32,000 nt of DNA from an uncultured Erysipelotrichaceae bacterium (GCA_942492995.1 OW818653.1:780001-812000); one strand, 5' to 3'; shown: positions 18,656 through 26,937, counted from the first letter of the stretch. The notes: generated by a model from the sequence alone, not told the origin. Program-made: numbers and translations.

Positions 18656-21337
18656 TTATTTGCCTAAAATGCTTGTCTTAATATTTTTCGCGACAATTCT
18701 AACTTTTCGTTTTATGACGTGTTTTAAGACAATTGGTTTTAAATCTGGGAAATCAACCCCAACCGCATCATATTTACGCACGAGCTTAATCGCATCAAAC
18801 TTACATCTGGTTGTGCATGCCCCACATCCTACACACATGAATTCATCTACAACAGAAATACCACACGATAAACAACGCATCGTTTCTTTTTTAACTTGTT
18901 CTTCGGTTAGTACTCCACGAGGATCTTTAAAATCTCCTTTAATATTATCTAAATGAAGAGTATAAACACGTTCACGACTAACTTCATCATAACCACTGAA
19001 ATCAATATTGTTTTTATCTAGAGAGACAAAGTATTTATTATTTCGTCCGTAGACTAAACTTTGACCACGATTGACAAATCGATGAATTGAAATTGCTGCT
19101 TCTTTACCGTGTGATATAGCATGAATAGCATACTTAGGTCCTGTCGCGACATCTCCTCCCGCAAATATATCACTTACACTGGATTGTAACGTTTGAGGAT
19201 CAACACTGATGGTTTGATTTGGGTTTAATTTAACATCTATTCCATCAAATAGATTTCCCCATTGAATTTGTTGACCTACGGAAAGTAATACTGTATCAGC
19301 TTCAACTGTCATACAATCATTCTCGTCATAGATTGGATTAAATCGTTTGTTTTCATCGAGCAATTGAATGCATTTTTTGAATTCTACACCGACAACTTTC
19401 CCATCTTTTACAAGGATTTTCTTAGGACCGTATTCATTATGTAATACGATTCCTTCATTCAAAGCTTCATGAACTTCATCTTGAAGTGCTGGAATCGTAT
19501 CTCTTGATTCTAAACAGAACATACTGACACCGATATTATTTAAACGTACTGCAGTACGTGCGACATCAATCGCTACATTACCACCACCAATTACAACCAC
19601 TTTGCCAAGATTCATATCTTTTTGAATTTTTGTATTTCGCAAGAACTCAACGCCTGTTATAACATTTTCAGCATTTCCGTTTTCAATATTAATTTTTCTT
19701 CCATCTTGTGCACCAATCGCAACGTAGAATGCTTTAAATCCTTCTACTCTAAGTTGATCAATGGTAATATCTTTCCCAACATTTACACCAGTTTTAAATT
19801 CAATACCTAATTCTCTTAGAATTTCAATTTCAGCTTTGATAACATTTTTCTGAAGTCTAAACTCTGGAATACCATAATGCAACATTCCACCTAATTCTTT
19901 TTGTTTTTCAAATACAGTAACTTTATACCCTTCAATTGCTAAGAAGTACGCACAGGTTAACCCTGAAGGACCTGCTCCAATTACCGCAATCTTTTTATCG
20001 TAATTATGTTTAATAATTGGTACAAAGCGACTTTCTTCATGTAAATCAAGTTCTGCAATAAACTTCTTTACATCATCAATCGCAACAGAACAATCTAGAT
20101 TATTACGTGTACAAGCACTTTCACATAACGCAGGACAAACACGTCCACAAACTGCAGGAAATGGATTTTCTTTTTTAATCATTTCTAATGCTTCACGATA
20201 TATTCCTTGCGATGCAAGTTTTAAGTAACCTGGTATAGATATATGAGCTGGACACTCTGTCTTACATGGAGCAGTACCACTCTCTAAAGATTCTTTACGA
20301 TTCACACGATAATCTGGATTCCATTTATCTGCACCCCATTCTGTATCGTATGGGAATTCAGTTCTAACTTGATTCCTAATTTCATTGATTGTACATAGTT
20401 TTTGACCCAAACGAATCGCATTGGTTGGACATACTTCTACGCATTCACCACAACCTACACACTTTTCTGGATCAATGGTACTCACATAATTAGAACGAAC
20501 CATGTCTGGGTTATTGTACATACCTGCAGCACGCATCGCATAACATGAACAACCACAACAATTACATATGGCATGGGTATGTCCTTCACCCTCTGTATTA
20601 GGGATTTGATGCATTAAACCATCTCGTTCAGCTCTTTGAATAATATCAATCGCATCTTCTTTGGTGATTTCTCGTCCGCGACCAGTTCGAATGTAATATT
20701 CAGCCGCATCACCTAATTGGATACACATATCTTCTTTAAGATGACCGCAACCTTGATTCATTTCTTCACGTGATGTACGACAAGAACAATCTGATACTGA
20801 AAGTATTCTTGCCTCGTTAATATACTTCGAAACTTCTTCATAAGAAGCTCTTCTTGTATCACCATTAATCGCTGTTTCAATTGGAATAACTCGCATCAAA
20901 CCATGACCCATGGGAATATTACCCGCCGCAACAGGATTTCTCAAAAGTCCATAATCATCAAAAGCTTTACCAATTTGAGGATACTTTTTTACATTCTCTT
21001 TATTATTTACAACCATTTCAAAGATACCTGGAACCCAAGTTTCATACCAGAATGTATCTCCATCATCTTCACGTTTAATGGTTGCGACTCCTGCCATGGC
21101 TAAATCCCATAATAATTCCTTTGTTCTTTCAATAGACTTGCCACATTTCTTCGCAATATCTTCTGCTTTTAAATGCACGCGATACTCAAGTGCTAATGCG
21201 ACTTCTGCCATTTGTTCTGATACTACTTTTTCTAAAAGTTTAAACCGAGGATCTTCTTCAGTTAATCCTTTTTTAGTCCCCATTTTTGTCATCGATACTT
21301 TATTAACAAACTCTAATAGTTTTACTTGATCAGTCAT
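18656..21337 (-). CDS. multidomain Fe-S flavoprotein oxidoreductase (Cys-rich N-domain + ferredoxin + GltD-like NAD(P)H/FAD module + C-terminal ferredoxin)
   Basis: 893-aa ORF. Cys patterns include CSCR-x9-C-x7-C, ICNCCGCSC and CVGCGECVEVCP. GltD-type clusters (CKTECPAH...VCGRVCPALCESAC) and dinucleotide folds (IAVIGAGPSGL, VVVIGGGNVAIDVA) follow. The C-terminus has CLSCG...CVGCGACTTRC. Confidence 0.8.
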   Translation of the reverse strand: MTDQVKLLEFVNKVSMTKMGTKKGLTEEDPRFKLLEKVVSEQMAEVALALEYRVHLKAEDIAKKCGKSIERTKELLWDLAMAGVATIKREDDGDTFWYETWVPGIFEMVVNNKENVKKYPQIGKAFDDYGLLRNPVAAGNIPMGHGLMRVIPIETAINGDTRRASYEEVSKYINEARILSVSDCSCRTSREEMNQGCGHLKEDMCIQLGDAAEYYIRTGRGREITKEDAIDIIQRAERDGLMHQIPNTEGEGHTHAICNCCGCSCYAMRAAGMYNNPDMVRSNYVSTIDPEKCVGCGECVEVCPTNAIRLGQKLCTINEIRNQVRTEFPYDTEWGADKWNPDYRVNRKESLESGTAPCKTECPAHISIPGYLKLASQGIYREALEMIKKENPFPAVCGRVCPALCESACTRNNLDCSVAIDDVKKFIAELDLHEESRFVPIIKHNYDKKIAVIGAGPSGLTCAYFLAIEGYKVTVFEKQKELGGMLHYGIPEFRLQKNVIKAEIEILRELGIEFKTGVNVGKDITIDQLRVEGFKAFYVAIGAQDGRKINIENGNAENVITGVEFLRNTKIQKDMNLGKVVVIGGGNVAIDVARTAVRLNNIGVSMFCLESRDTIPALQDEVHEALNEGIVLHNEYGPKKILVKDGKVVGVEFKKCIQLLDENKRFNPIYDENDCMTVEADTVLLSVGQQIQWGNLFDGIDVKLNPNQTISVDPQTLQSSVSDIFAGGDVATGPKYAIHAISHGKEAAISIHRFVNRGQSLVYGRNNKYFVSLDKNNIDFSGYDEVSRERVYTLHLDNIKGDFKDPRGVLTEEQVKKETMRCLSCGISVVDEFMCVGCGACTTRCKFDAIKLVRKYDAVGVDFPDLKPIVLKHVIKRKVRIVAKNIKTSILGK

Positions 21338-21354
21338 ATTTTCCCTTTCAATTC

Positions 21355-22182
21355 CTAATATCCATAGTATTGAGCTGTATTTTTAACAACATAATCTTTA
21401 TTTCTTAACTTAAAGAACCAATAGATTAAATAAGCAATATGTAAGCCTAAGTTAATCGCACCCCAAACATAAAGAAATGTTTCATTATACCAAGCAGAAG
21501 AATCCATTATTGGCGTAAAAATGTCATAACACGCTCGTATGAGTAAATGAACCGCTAAGGTATACACTCTACCCATCAACCATAGATCCGTTCTTTTTTT
21601 AGTAAACATCCATATTTCCGGTATAAGAAGAATGCATAAACTAGACGCAAAATAACTAATATTTTCTGCATAAACAAATGCCGCATTCCAAGTTACATAT
21701 AACAAACACCACGCCAATGGTAAGTCTGCGATAAGTTCCGCAAATGAATTCTTTTGGTCATTATTACCAATTCTCCAATGTTTATTCGCTAAAGGAATCG
21801 TAATGCATAGAATGACTCCACTTATCGCATTAAACATATTCCCTAAGGTAAAATCTTTTAAACTCGCTTCCGCTATATTTAGGATTAATACTGCATAGAG
21901 AATCCACATTGGCCCCTGTTTCTTAAATGAAAGAAGTAGAAGTGGATGATGTCCATCATTTGATATTCTTACAAATGTTAAGAATAATAATGGAATAAGA
22001 ATACTAATTGTCTTTGCCCATCTGAACCATGAACTTAAATTGAGAAACCATAATGGTATGGTCATCAACGCAATGATTGAAAACCATTTATAAAACCCTT
22101 GTTTCTCTCTTGTGTACTCCAAAAATAGATACAAAAACAACATATACACTGCCATTGACACGAAAATACTTAAATTAGACAT
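21355..22182 (-). CDS. uncharacterised polytopic membrane protein, paralogue of 17370..18293
   Basis: 275-aa hydrophobic ORF and the first gene of the operon. The RBS AGGAGA lies 8 nt upstream of the ATG. Motif blocks are shared with the 307-aa protein (listed under that feature). Confidence 0.7.
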   Translation of the reverse strand: MSNLSIFVSMAVYMLFLYLFLEYTREKQGFYKWFSIIALMTIPLWFLNLSSWFRWAKTISILIPLLFLTFVRISNDGHHPLLLLSFKKQGPMWILYAVLILNIAEASLKDFTLGNMFNAISGVILCITIPLANKHWRIGNNDQKNSFAELIADLPLAWCLLYVTWNAAFVYAENISYFASSLCILLIPEIWMFTKKRTDLWLMGRVYTLAVHLLIRACYDIFTPIMDSSAWYNETFLYVWGAINLGLHIAYLIYWFFKLRNKDYVVKNTAQYYGY

Positions 22183-22197
22183 ATTATCTTTCTCCTA

Positions 22198-22213
22198 AGT
22201 GAATGATTTCACA
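22198..22213. promoter_or_regulatory. palindrome AGTGA-N6-TCACA (Crp/Fnr-like dyad) at the predicted transcription start of the operon
   Basis: The sequence reads aAGTGAATGATTTCACAa. It lies between the candidate -10 box (22217-22222) and the RBS (22191-22196). Confidence 0.3.
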
Positions 22214-22216
22214 AAT

Positions 22217-22245
22217 ATCTTAACGAATGTAACATAGCTTAACAA
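22217..22245 (-). promoter_or_regulatory. candidate promoter of the membrane/Fe-S/HypA operon
   Basis: On the minus strand: TTGTTA (22245-22240), a 17-nt spacer and TAAGAT (22222-22217). Confidence 0.4.
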
Positions 22246-22274
22246 TAGATTATCCCTCTATCTCCTTAGCAAGA

Positions 22275-22303
22275 TTGTCCTATTTTTATAAATAAAATAT
22301 AAT
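22275..22303 (+). promoter_or_regulatory. candidate promoter of the AraC-family gene
   Basis: TTGTCC (22275-22280), a 17-nt spacer and TATAAT (22298-22303), 27 nt upstream of the ATG. Confidence 0.45.
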
Positions 22304-22330
22304 TTGTGATAAAATGGACAAGATAAAACT

Positions 22331-23317
22331 ATGATACAAACATGTATAGATGAATTTGAATCCCTTGATCTTCCTTTCTCTACTTTCATATGCACATTTT
22401 TAGATCATGAAACTGAAGCACATGATGAAATGGAGTTTATTTGGGTGATTGATGGAAATGTCACCATAGTATGTGAAAAGAAAACATATGAATTATGTTC
22501 TGATAATGTTTTTATGATTTATATCAATCAAGTACATTCAATCAAGTCTTCATCTAATTCACTTATGTTTTGTTTTAGATTGAAAAAACAATATATATTA
22601 GATCATCATCTACGATTTGATAAACTACCCTCTCCTAATCGAATATTTTCATTTCAAGAACTCACTCAAAAGTATCATGCAGTTCCACTGATTATTTCTC
22701 AAATTATTTTATTATTAAAAACTCAAAATCCGAATCCCAATATTCGTTATAAGTTAATTGGTTATTACAATATGTACATTTATGATTTATATAGTGTACG
22801 TTTAAAAGAACGATATTTAGATGTTAAAAAGAAGAATTATGATATTTATTTAATTCGATTTCATACGGTTATTGATTACATTAATAAAAATTTTAAAGAA
22901 CCAATTTCGCTAAATACATTGGCCAATTTAGTTAATATCAGTCCCTATCGTTTATCTCATTTTATTCAAGATCGACTCGGTATTTCATTTCAAGAATACC
23001 TTCAAAATATTCGTTTTGAGCATGCATTAATCGAGCTAAAAAATTCAGATTTACCCATTAGTAAGATTGTTAGAAACAGTGGATTTAGTGATTCAAAGTA
23101 TCTCAATCAATTAATGAAGAAAAAGTTTCATGTGACCGCTTTAAAATATCGTTCTTTGATGAAGATTAGTGAGAATGAGGAAATATATGATTTTAGTTAT
23201 CCTAAGTTATTAGAAGAATTGTCGGTAAGACTTCATCAAATCGATAAAGGTTTATATATGCGCGATACTTTTGGTTTGAAAGAAAATGTGAACATTATTC
23301 ATAACTCTTCAGATTAA
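22331..23317 (+). CDS. AraC-family transcriptional regulator (cupin-like sensor + HTH)
   Basis: 328-aa ORF. The N-terminus is cupin-like (HDEMEFIWVIDGNVTIVCE). The C-terminal double HTH includes ISLNTLANLVNISPYRLSHFIQDRLGISFQEYLQNIRFEHA and IVRNSGFSDSKYLNQLMKKKF. Confidence 0.85.
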   Translation: MIQTCIDEFESLDLPFSTFICTFLDHETEAHDEMEFIWVIDGNVTIVCEKKTYELCSDNVFMIYINQVHSIKSSSNSLMFCFRLKKQYILDHHLRFDKLPSPNRIFSFQELTQKYHAVPLIISQIILLLKTQNPNPNIRYKLIGYYNMYIYDLYSVRLKERYLDVKKKNYDIYLIRFHTVIDYINKNFKEPISLNTLANLVNISPYRLSHFIQDRLGISFQEYLQNIRFEHALIELKNSDLPISKIVRNSGFSDSKYLNQLMKKKFHVTALKYRSLMKISENEEIYDFSYPKLLEELSVRLHQIDKGLYMRDTFGLKENVNIIHNSSD

Positions 23318-23384
23318 ATAAAGCGATTAAATTATATTGGAAAGAAAAATGTTAATATAAACACAAGAAAATATAGGTATATTA

Positions 23385-24794
23385 ATGAATAATAAAACAC
23401 TAATTTCTCATCAATTGCCACATTTTGATGTCATTGTGATTGGGTCAGGTTTTGCAGGATTAACAGCCGCAATAGAATGTAAGATGAATGGTGGAAATGT
23501 CATTGTATTAGAGAAAATGAAGGCCATTGGTGGTAATTCAGTTATTAGTGATGGAGGAATTGCGGCCCCAAATACACCTGAACAAAAATCACTTCAAATT
23601 GATGATTCAGCTGAGTTAATGTTTGAAGATATGATGAAATCTGGTGAAGGATTAAATAATCCTAATATTACAAAAATGGTATGTGATAACGCAAAAGATG
23701 CATATCAATGGTCTAAAGATGTATTAAATGTCAAATATATGTCTAGAGTTGATATCTTTGGAGGACATAGTGTTCCACGGTGTTACTCACCAGACCCACT
23801 TTCTGGATATACGATTATTCAAAAGATGAAACAGAAATGCGATGAACTTGGCATTGAGATAAAACTACAAGCGTTTGTGGAATCCTTTATCTTAACTAAC
23901 AATCGTTTTGTTGGTGTAAATTTTGATTCAAACTATTCTATTGATCCAACTCATCAAAAAGAACTTTCAACATTATACGCAAACAAAGGCGTAATCATCG
24001 CAACCGGTGGTTATGCGGCAGATGCTAAGTTCATCCAAAACCATGTGCCAAACTTCCCTTCTTCATTTCTAACCACAAATAAAAAAACAACCAGTGCGGA
24101 AGTTCTTGAAACGTGTATGAGTATCCATTGTGCTACAGCTCATTTGGATCAGATTCAATGGATGCCATGGACTACACAAAATGAAAGTGGTTATGGTATT
24201 GGAGGACTATTCGGTGATTATATCGTTTCATCAAATGGTATTTTAATTGATTGTAAAAATGGATTAAGATTTGTGAATGAATGTGGTAATCGAAAACACG
24301 TAACACATGAAATTCTTAAAGTGAAGAATGTTATTGGATTAGTTGATTCTGTGAGTGTTATTAAGTCTGGATGGAATTTAGATCGTGCATTAAAAATGAA
24401 AATTGTTCAAGAATTCAATTCAATTGATGAAGTATCAAACTTCTATTCAATCCCTATTAAGCCGTTATTAAACACAATAGATTCCTATAACACAAATCTA
24501 TTATCAAAAAAATTAGATACATTGGGTAAAGTGTATGAACCATGGATGACGCCTATTCAAAATCCACCGTATTACGCAATGTCGATTACTCCAAAAACAC
24601 ATTACAGTTTAGGTGGATTAGTTACAGATATTAACACTAATGTACTCGATTTAAATAATAATCCTATTCCTGGATTATACGCGATTGGTGAAGTTACAGG
24701 TTTAACCCATGGTGCGAATCGTTTAGGGAGTTGTTCAGTTACAGAGTGTCTTGTGATGGGACGAATTGCAGGTAAAAAGATACTCGAAGTATAA
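23385..24794 (+). CDS. FAD-dependent oxidoreductase of the fumarate reductase / flavocytochrome-c flavoprotein family, cytoplasmic
   Basis: 469-aa ORF with FDVIVIGSGFAGLTAAIE, LEKMKAIGGNSVISDGGIAAPNT, HYSLGGL and GLYAIGEVTGLTHGANRLGSCSVTECLVMGRIAG. It has no signal peptide and no heme or FMN-binding extension. Confidence 0.8.
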   Translation: MNNKTLISHQLPHFDVIVIGSGFAGLTAAIECKMNGGNVIVLEKMKAIGGNSVISDGGIAAPNTPEQKSLQIDDSAELMFEDMMKSGEGLNNPNITKMVCDNAKDAYQWSKDVLNVKYMSRVDIFGGHSVPRCYSPDPLSGYTIIQKMKQKCDELGIEIKLQAFVESFILTNNRFVGVNFDSNYSIDPTHQKELSTLYANKGVIIATGGYAADAKFIQNHVPNFPSSFLTTNKKTTSAEVLETCMSIHCATAHLDQIQWMPWTTQNESGYGIGGLFGDYIVSSNGILIDCKNGLRFVNECGNRKHVTHEILKVKNVIGLVDSVSVIKSGWNLDRALKMKIVQEFNSIDEVSNFYSIPIKPLLNTIDSYNTNLLSKKLDTLGKVYEPWMTPIQNPPYYAMSITPKTHYSLGGLVTDINTNVLDLNNNPIPGLYAIGEVTGLTHGANRLGSCSVTECLVMGRIAGKKILEV

Positions 24795-24797
24795 GTA

Positions 24798-25622
24798 TTA
24801 CTTAACCACTTCAATCTGTATGTGACTTGTATCATACATAACTTTCGCATGATTTACTTTAATACATTTTACATCTTGTACTAATCCAGATAATTTGGAT
24901 ATTTTCTTACGTAAGATGGTTCCGTTTCGATATACACTTCCATTTTCTTGAGAGAAATACTCATTCTCTACTTCAATGTGATATTTATGTTTTAACTGCG
25001 TATCTGTTAATATTTCACCTTTAAGATACTCACCTTCTACCCAAACAATTAATTGATATGTTTGATTCGTATTATTCTTAAATCGATAGTCTAGATAATT
25101 AAAGAATATGGAAGTCCCTGTCCCAAAAGGTATTTGACGTCCAAAATCCGGGAATAAATCAATTCCATCATGGTGATGATGTTCGATAATATCTAAGTCA
25201 GTGTGTAAGATTAACCAATGGATTAGATTAGTAAATTGACACATTCCTCCTCCAATTGCTTGAGAGGTTTGTCCGTTCTTTATTGTTAAACCTTCTTTAT
25301 AGCCATCTTTCGCTTTACATTTACCAACTAATTCCCAGAAAGAAAAAACTTCATTCGGTTTTATTAATATATGTGATATTTTTGGGGCCGCAATTGATAA
25401 GTTAATTGCTTTGTTTTCCTGAAGTTGTAAGTTCACATTACCAAGTTTGCGTTTGATGAGTGAGTTGTGTTTATATACACTGTACTTTAAACGAATTATT
25501 TGTTTAGTCTTACTAAATGTATTTGGATTTAATAGATTTTTAAAATGACGTAAATAAATCTCCTTATAAACGGAGATTGTGTACGTAGTATGATTGATTT
25601 CACTAAAAAGTTTTCGCCCCAT
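24798..25622 (-). CDS. VanW-family protein
   Basis: Track ORF 24798..25640. The VanW core GGGMCQFTNLIHWLILHT is present. The preferred start is ATG 25622 (MGRKLF), preceded by GGGGGAAA. Confidence 0.8.
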   Translation of the reverse strand: MGRKLFSEINHTTYTISVYKEIYLRHFKNLLNPNTFSKTKQIIRLKYSVYKHNSLIKRKLGNVNLQLQENKAINLSIAAPKISHILIKPNEVFSFWELVGKCKAKDGYKEGLTIKNGQTSQAIGGGMCQFTNLIHWLILHTDLDIIEHHHHDGIDLFPDFGRQIPFGTGTSIFFNYLDYRFKNNTNQTYQLIVWVEGEYLKGEILTDTQLKHKYHIEVENEYFSQENGSVYRNGTILRKKISKLSGLVQDVKCIKVNHAKVMYDTSHIQIEVVK

Positions 25623-25710
25623 ATATTTCCCCCGAAACATAGTTATAGTTTATCATTGAAATAGTAATTGAACATAGAATTTAATATTAAGTATAAAGAA
25701 AGAGGTTCTA

Positions 25711-26553
25711 ATGATGAAAAGTCATACGTTTCAATCCATTAAAGCAGGATATCGCCAAAGTGTTGGACTTAGATCAGATGGGTCAGTTATCGCTTGTGGT
25801 GATAATAAATATGGACAATGTGATGTAAGTAATTGGCTACATATTACGTCTATTTCAATTGCGAATGCACATACAGGTAATTCACATACCTTAGGCTTAA
25901 AGAATGATGGGACTGTTGTATCAACTGGATGGAACGTATATGGTCAGTGTGATGTGCAGGATTGGAAAGACATTGTGGCAATTGAGACTGGTTGGCGTAC
26001 TTCTTTTGGGATTACGCTAGATGGTCATGTAAGATCAACGGGTCGTAATCACGAGGAACAATGTAATGTAGGTGATTGGACTAATGTGGTAATGATTTCG
26101 GCTGGTGATTGGCATACGATTGGATTAACAACGGATGGAAAACTTTTAAGTACTGGGAATAATATTTATGGTCAATGTAAGATACATGATTGGTTAAACA
26201 TAAAATCATTATCTGCAGGCTATTTACATACACTTGGATTAAGGAAAGATGGGACGGTTGTATCGACTGGTATTAATACATACCATCAATGCGATGTCAA
26301 CGATTGGGTCACTATTATTCGTATATCAAGTGGTAGTCATCATTCTGTTGGGTTAAAAGAAGATGGGACAGTTGTTGCGTGTGGTCTAAATGATGATGGA
26401 CAATGTGATGTTCAATCTTGGACGAATATTGTGTCTATTTCTGCAGGTTGTTCACATACCTTAGGGTTAAAAAATGATGGCAATGTTATATCAACTGGAA
26501 ACAATAAATATAATCAATGTGACACAAACAATTGGACTAATATAAAAATCTAA
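25711..26553 (+). CDS. RCC1-like repeat protein (predicted 7-bladed beta-propeller)
   Basis: 280-aa ORF built from seven about 38-aa units of the form SAGxxHTLGLKxDGTVVSTGxNxYGQCDVxxWxNIV. The RBS is AGAGG. There is no signal peptide. Confidence 0.85.
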   Translation: MMKSHTFQSIKAGYRQSVGLRSDGSVIACGDNKYGQCDVSNWLHITSISIANAHTGNSHTLGLKNDGTVVSTGWNVYGQCDVQDWKDIVAIETGWRTSFGITLDGHVRSTGRNHEEQCNVGDWTNVVMISAGDWHTIGLTTDGKLLSTGNNIYGQCKIHDWLNIKSLSAGYLHTLGLRKDGTVVSTGINTYHQCDVNDWVTIIRISSGSHHSVGLKEDGTVVACGLNDDGQCDVQSWTNIVSISAGCSHTLGLKNDGNVISTGNNKYNQCDTNNWTNIKI

Positions 26554-26583
26554 CATATAAAAATCAAAGCTTAACTTAGATTT

Positions 26584-26937
26584 TTATTCGATTATCTGTC
26601 TTAATTCAATTTGCCCTTCACCATTTCCCATAGGATCTGGCATTTTTCTAGCCCATTCAACTGCTTCTTCTTTTGATTTAACATCAATCAATATAAAACC
26701 TGTAATCAATTCTTGGTAAGGTTGAAATGGTCCAACTGTCACAACTGGTTCTTCACCAGGTTTAACATATGAGAAACGCATCCCATTTGAACTTGGGTGA
26801 ATTCCTTTTGCCATAACTCTTACACCAGCTTTAACTAATTCTTCATTGTACTTCGACATTGCGTGATTATGTTCTGCGTTTGGACGTCCTCCATTCTCAG
26901 AACTATGTGTCGCTTTTACGATTAACATAAACAACAT
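26584..26937 (-). CDS. YciI-like (DGPF-domain) protein
   Basis: 117-aa ORF with a strong RBS (AAGGAGGAAAGTAT-ATG). The pattern MLFMLIVKAT...VTVGPFQPYQELITGFILIDVKSKEEAVEWARKMP matches the YciI/DGPF family pattern. Confidence 0.7.
   Translation of the reverse strand: MLFMLIVKATHSSENGGRPNAEHNHAMSKYNEELVKAGVRVMAKGIHPSSNGMRFSYVKPGEEPVVTVGPFQPYQELITGFILIDVKSKEEAVEWARKMPDPMGNGEGQIELRQIIE

Noticed and set aside
17452-21329. Small ORFs 17452..17640(-), 17842..18081(+), 18648..18956(+), 19622..19810(+), 20903..21103(+) and 21078..21329(+)
   Set aside because: All are nested in, or antisense to, the membrane-protein gene and the 893-aa Fe-S flavoprotein gene, which have coherent domain structure.
17370-22182. 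Reading the HypA-like gene as evidence for a hydrogenase locus
   Set aside because: No [NiFe] or [FeFe] hydrogenase catalytic subunit signature and no other hyp gene is present. The large neighbour is a GltD-like flavoprotein, not a hydrogenase.
22197-22214. CcpA cre site interpretation of TGAATGATTTCACA
   Set aside because: It lacks the central CG and several conserved positions of the TGWAANCGNTNWCA consensus. It fits a TGTGA-N6-TCACA-type dyad better.
24602-24850. Minus-strand 82-aa ORF spanning the flavoenzyme/VanW junction
   Set aside because: It is antisense to the conserved C-terminus of the flavoenzyme and out of frame with VanW.
25711-26553. 114-nt DNA periodicity that could be mistaken for a CRISPR or tandem-repeat array
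   Set aside because: The repeats are diverged, are in frame, and encode RCC1-like blades in one continuous ORF. There is no unique-spacer structure.
26557-26587. Hairpin ATAAAAATC-N13-GATTTTTAT between the RCC1-like and YciI-like genes
   Set aside because: The stem is 9 bp, almost entirely A/T (a single G-C pair), with a 13-nt loop, and it overlaps the YciI stop codon. It is too weak to call a terminator.
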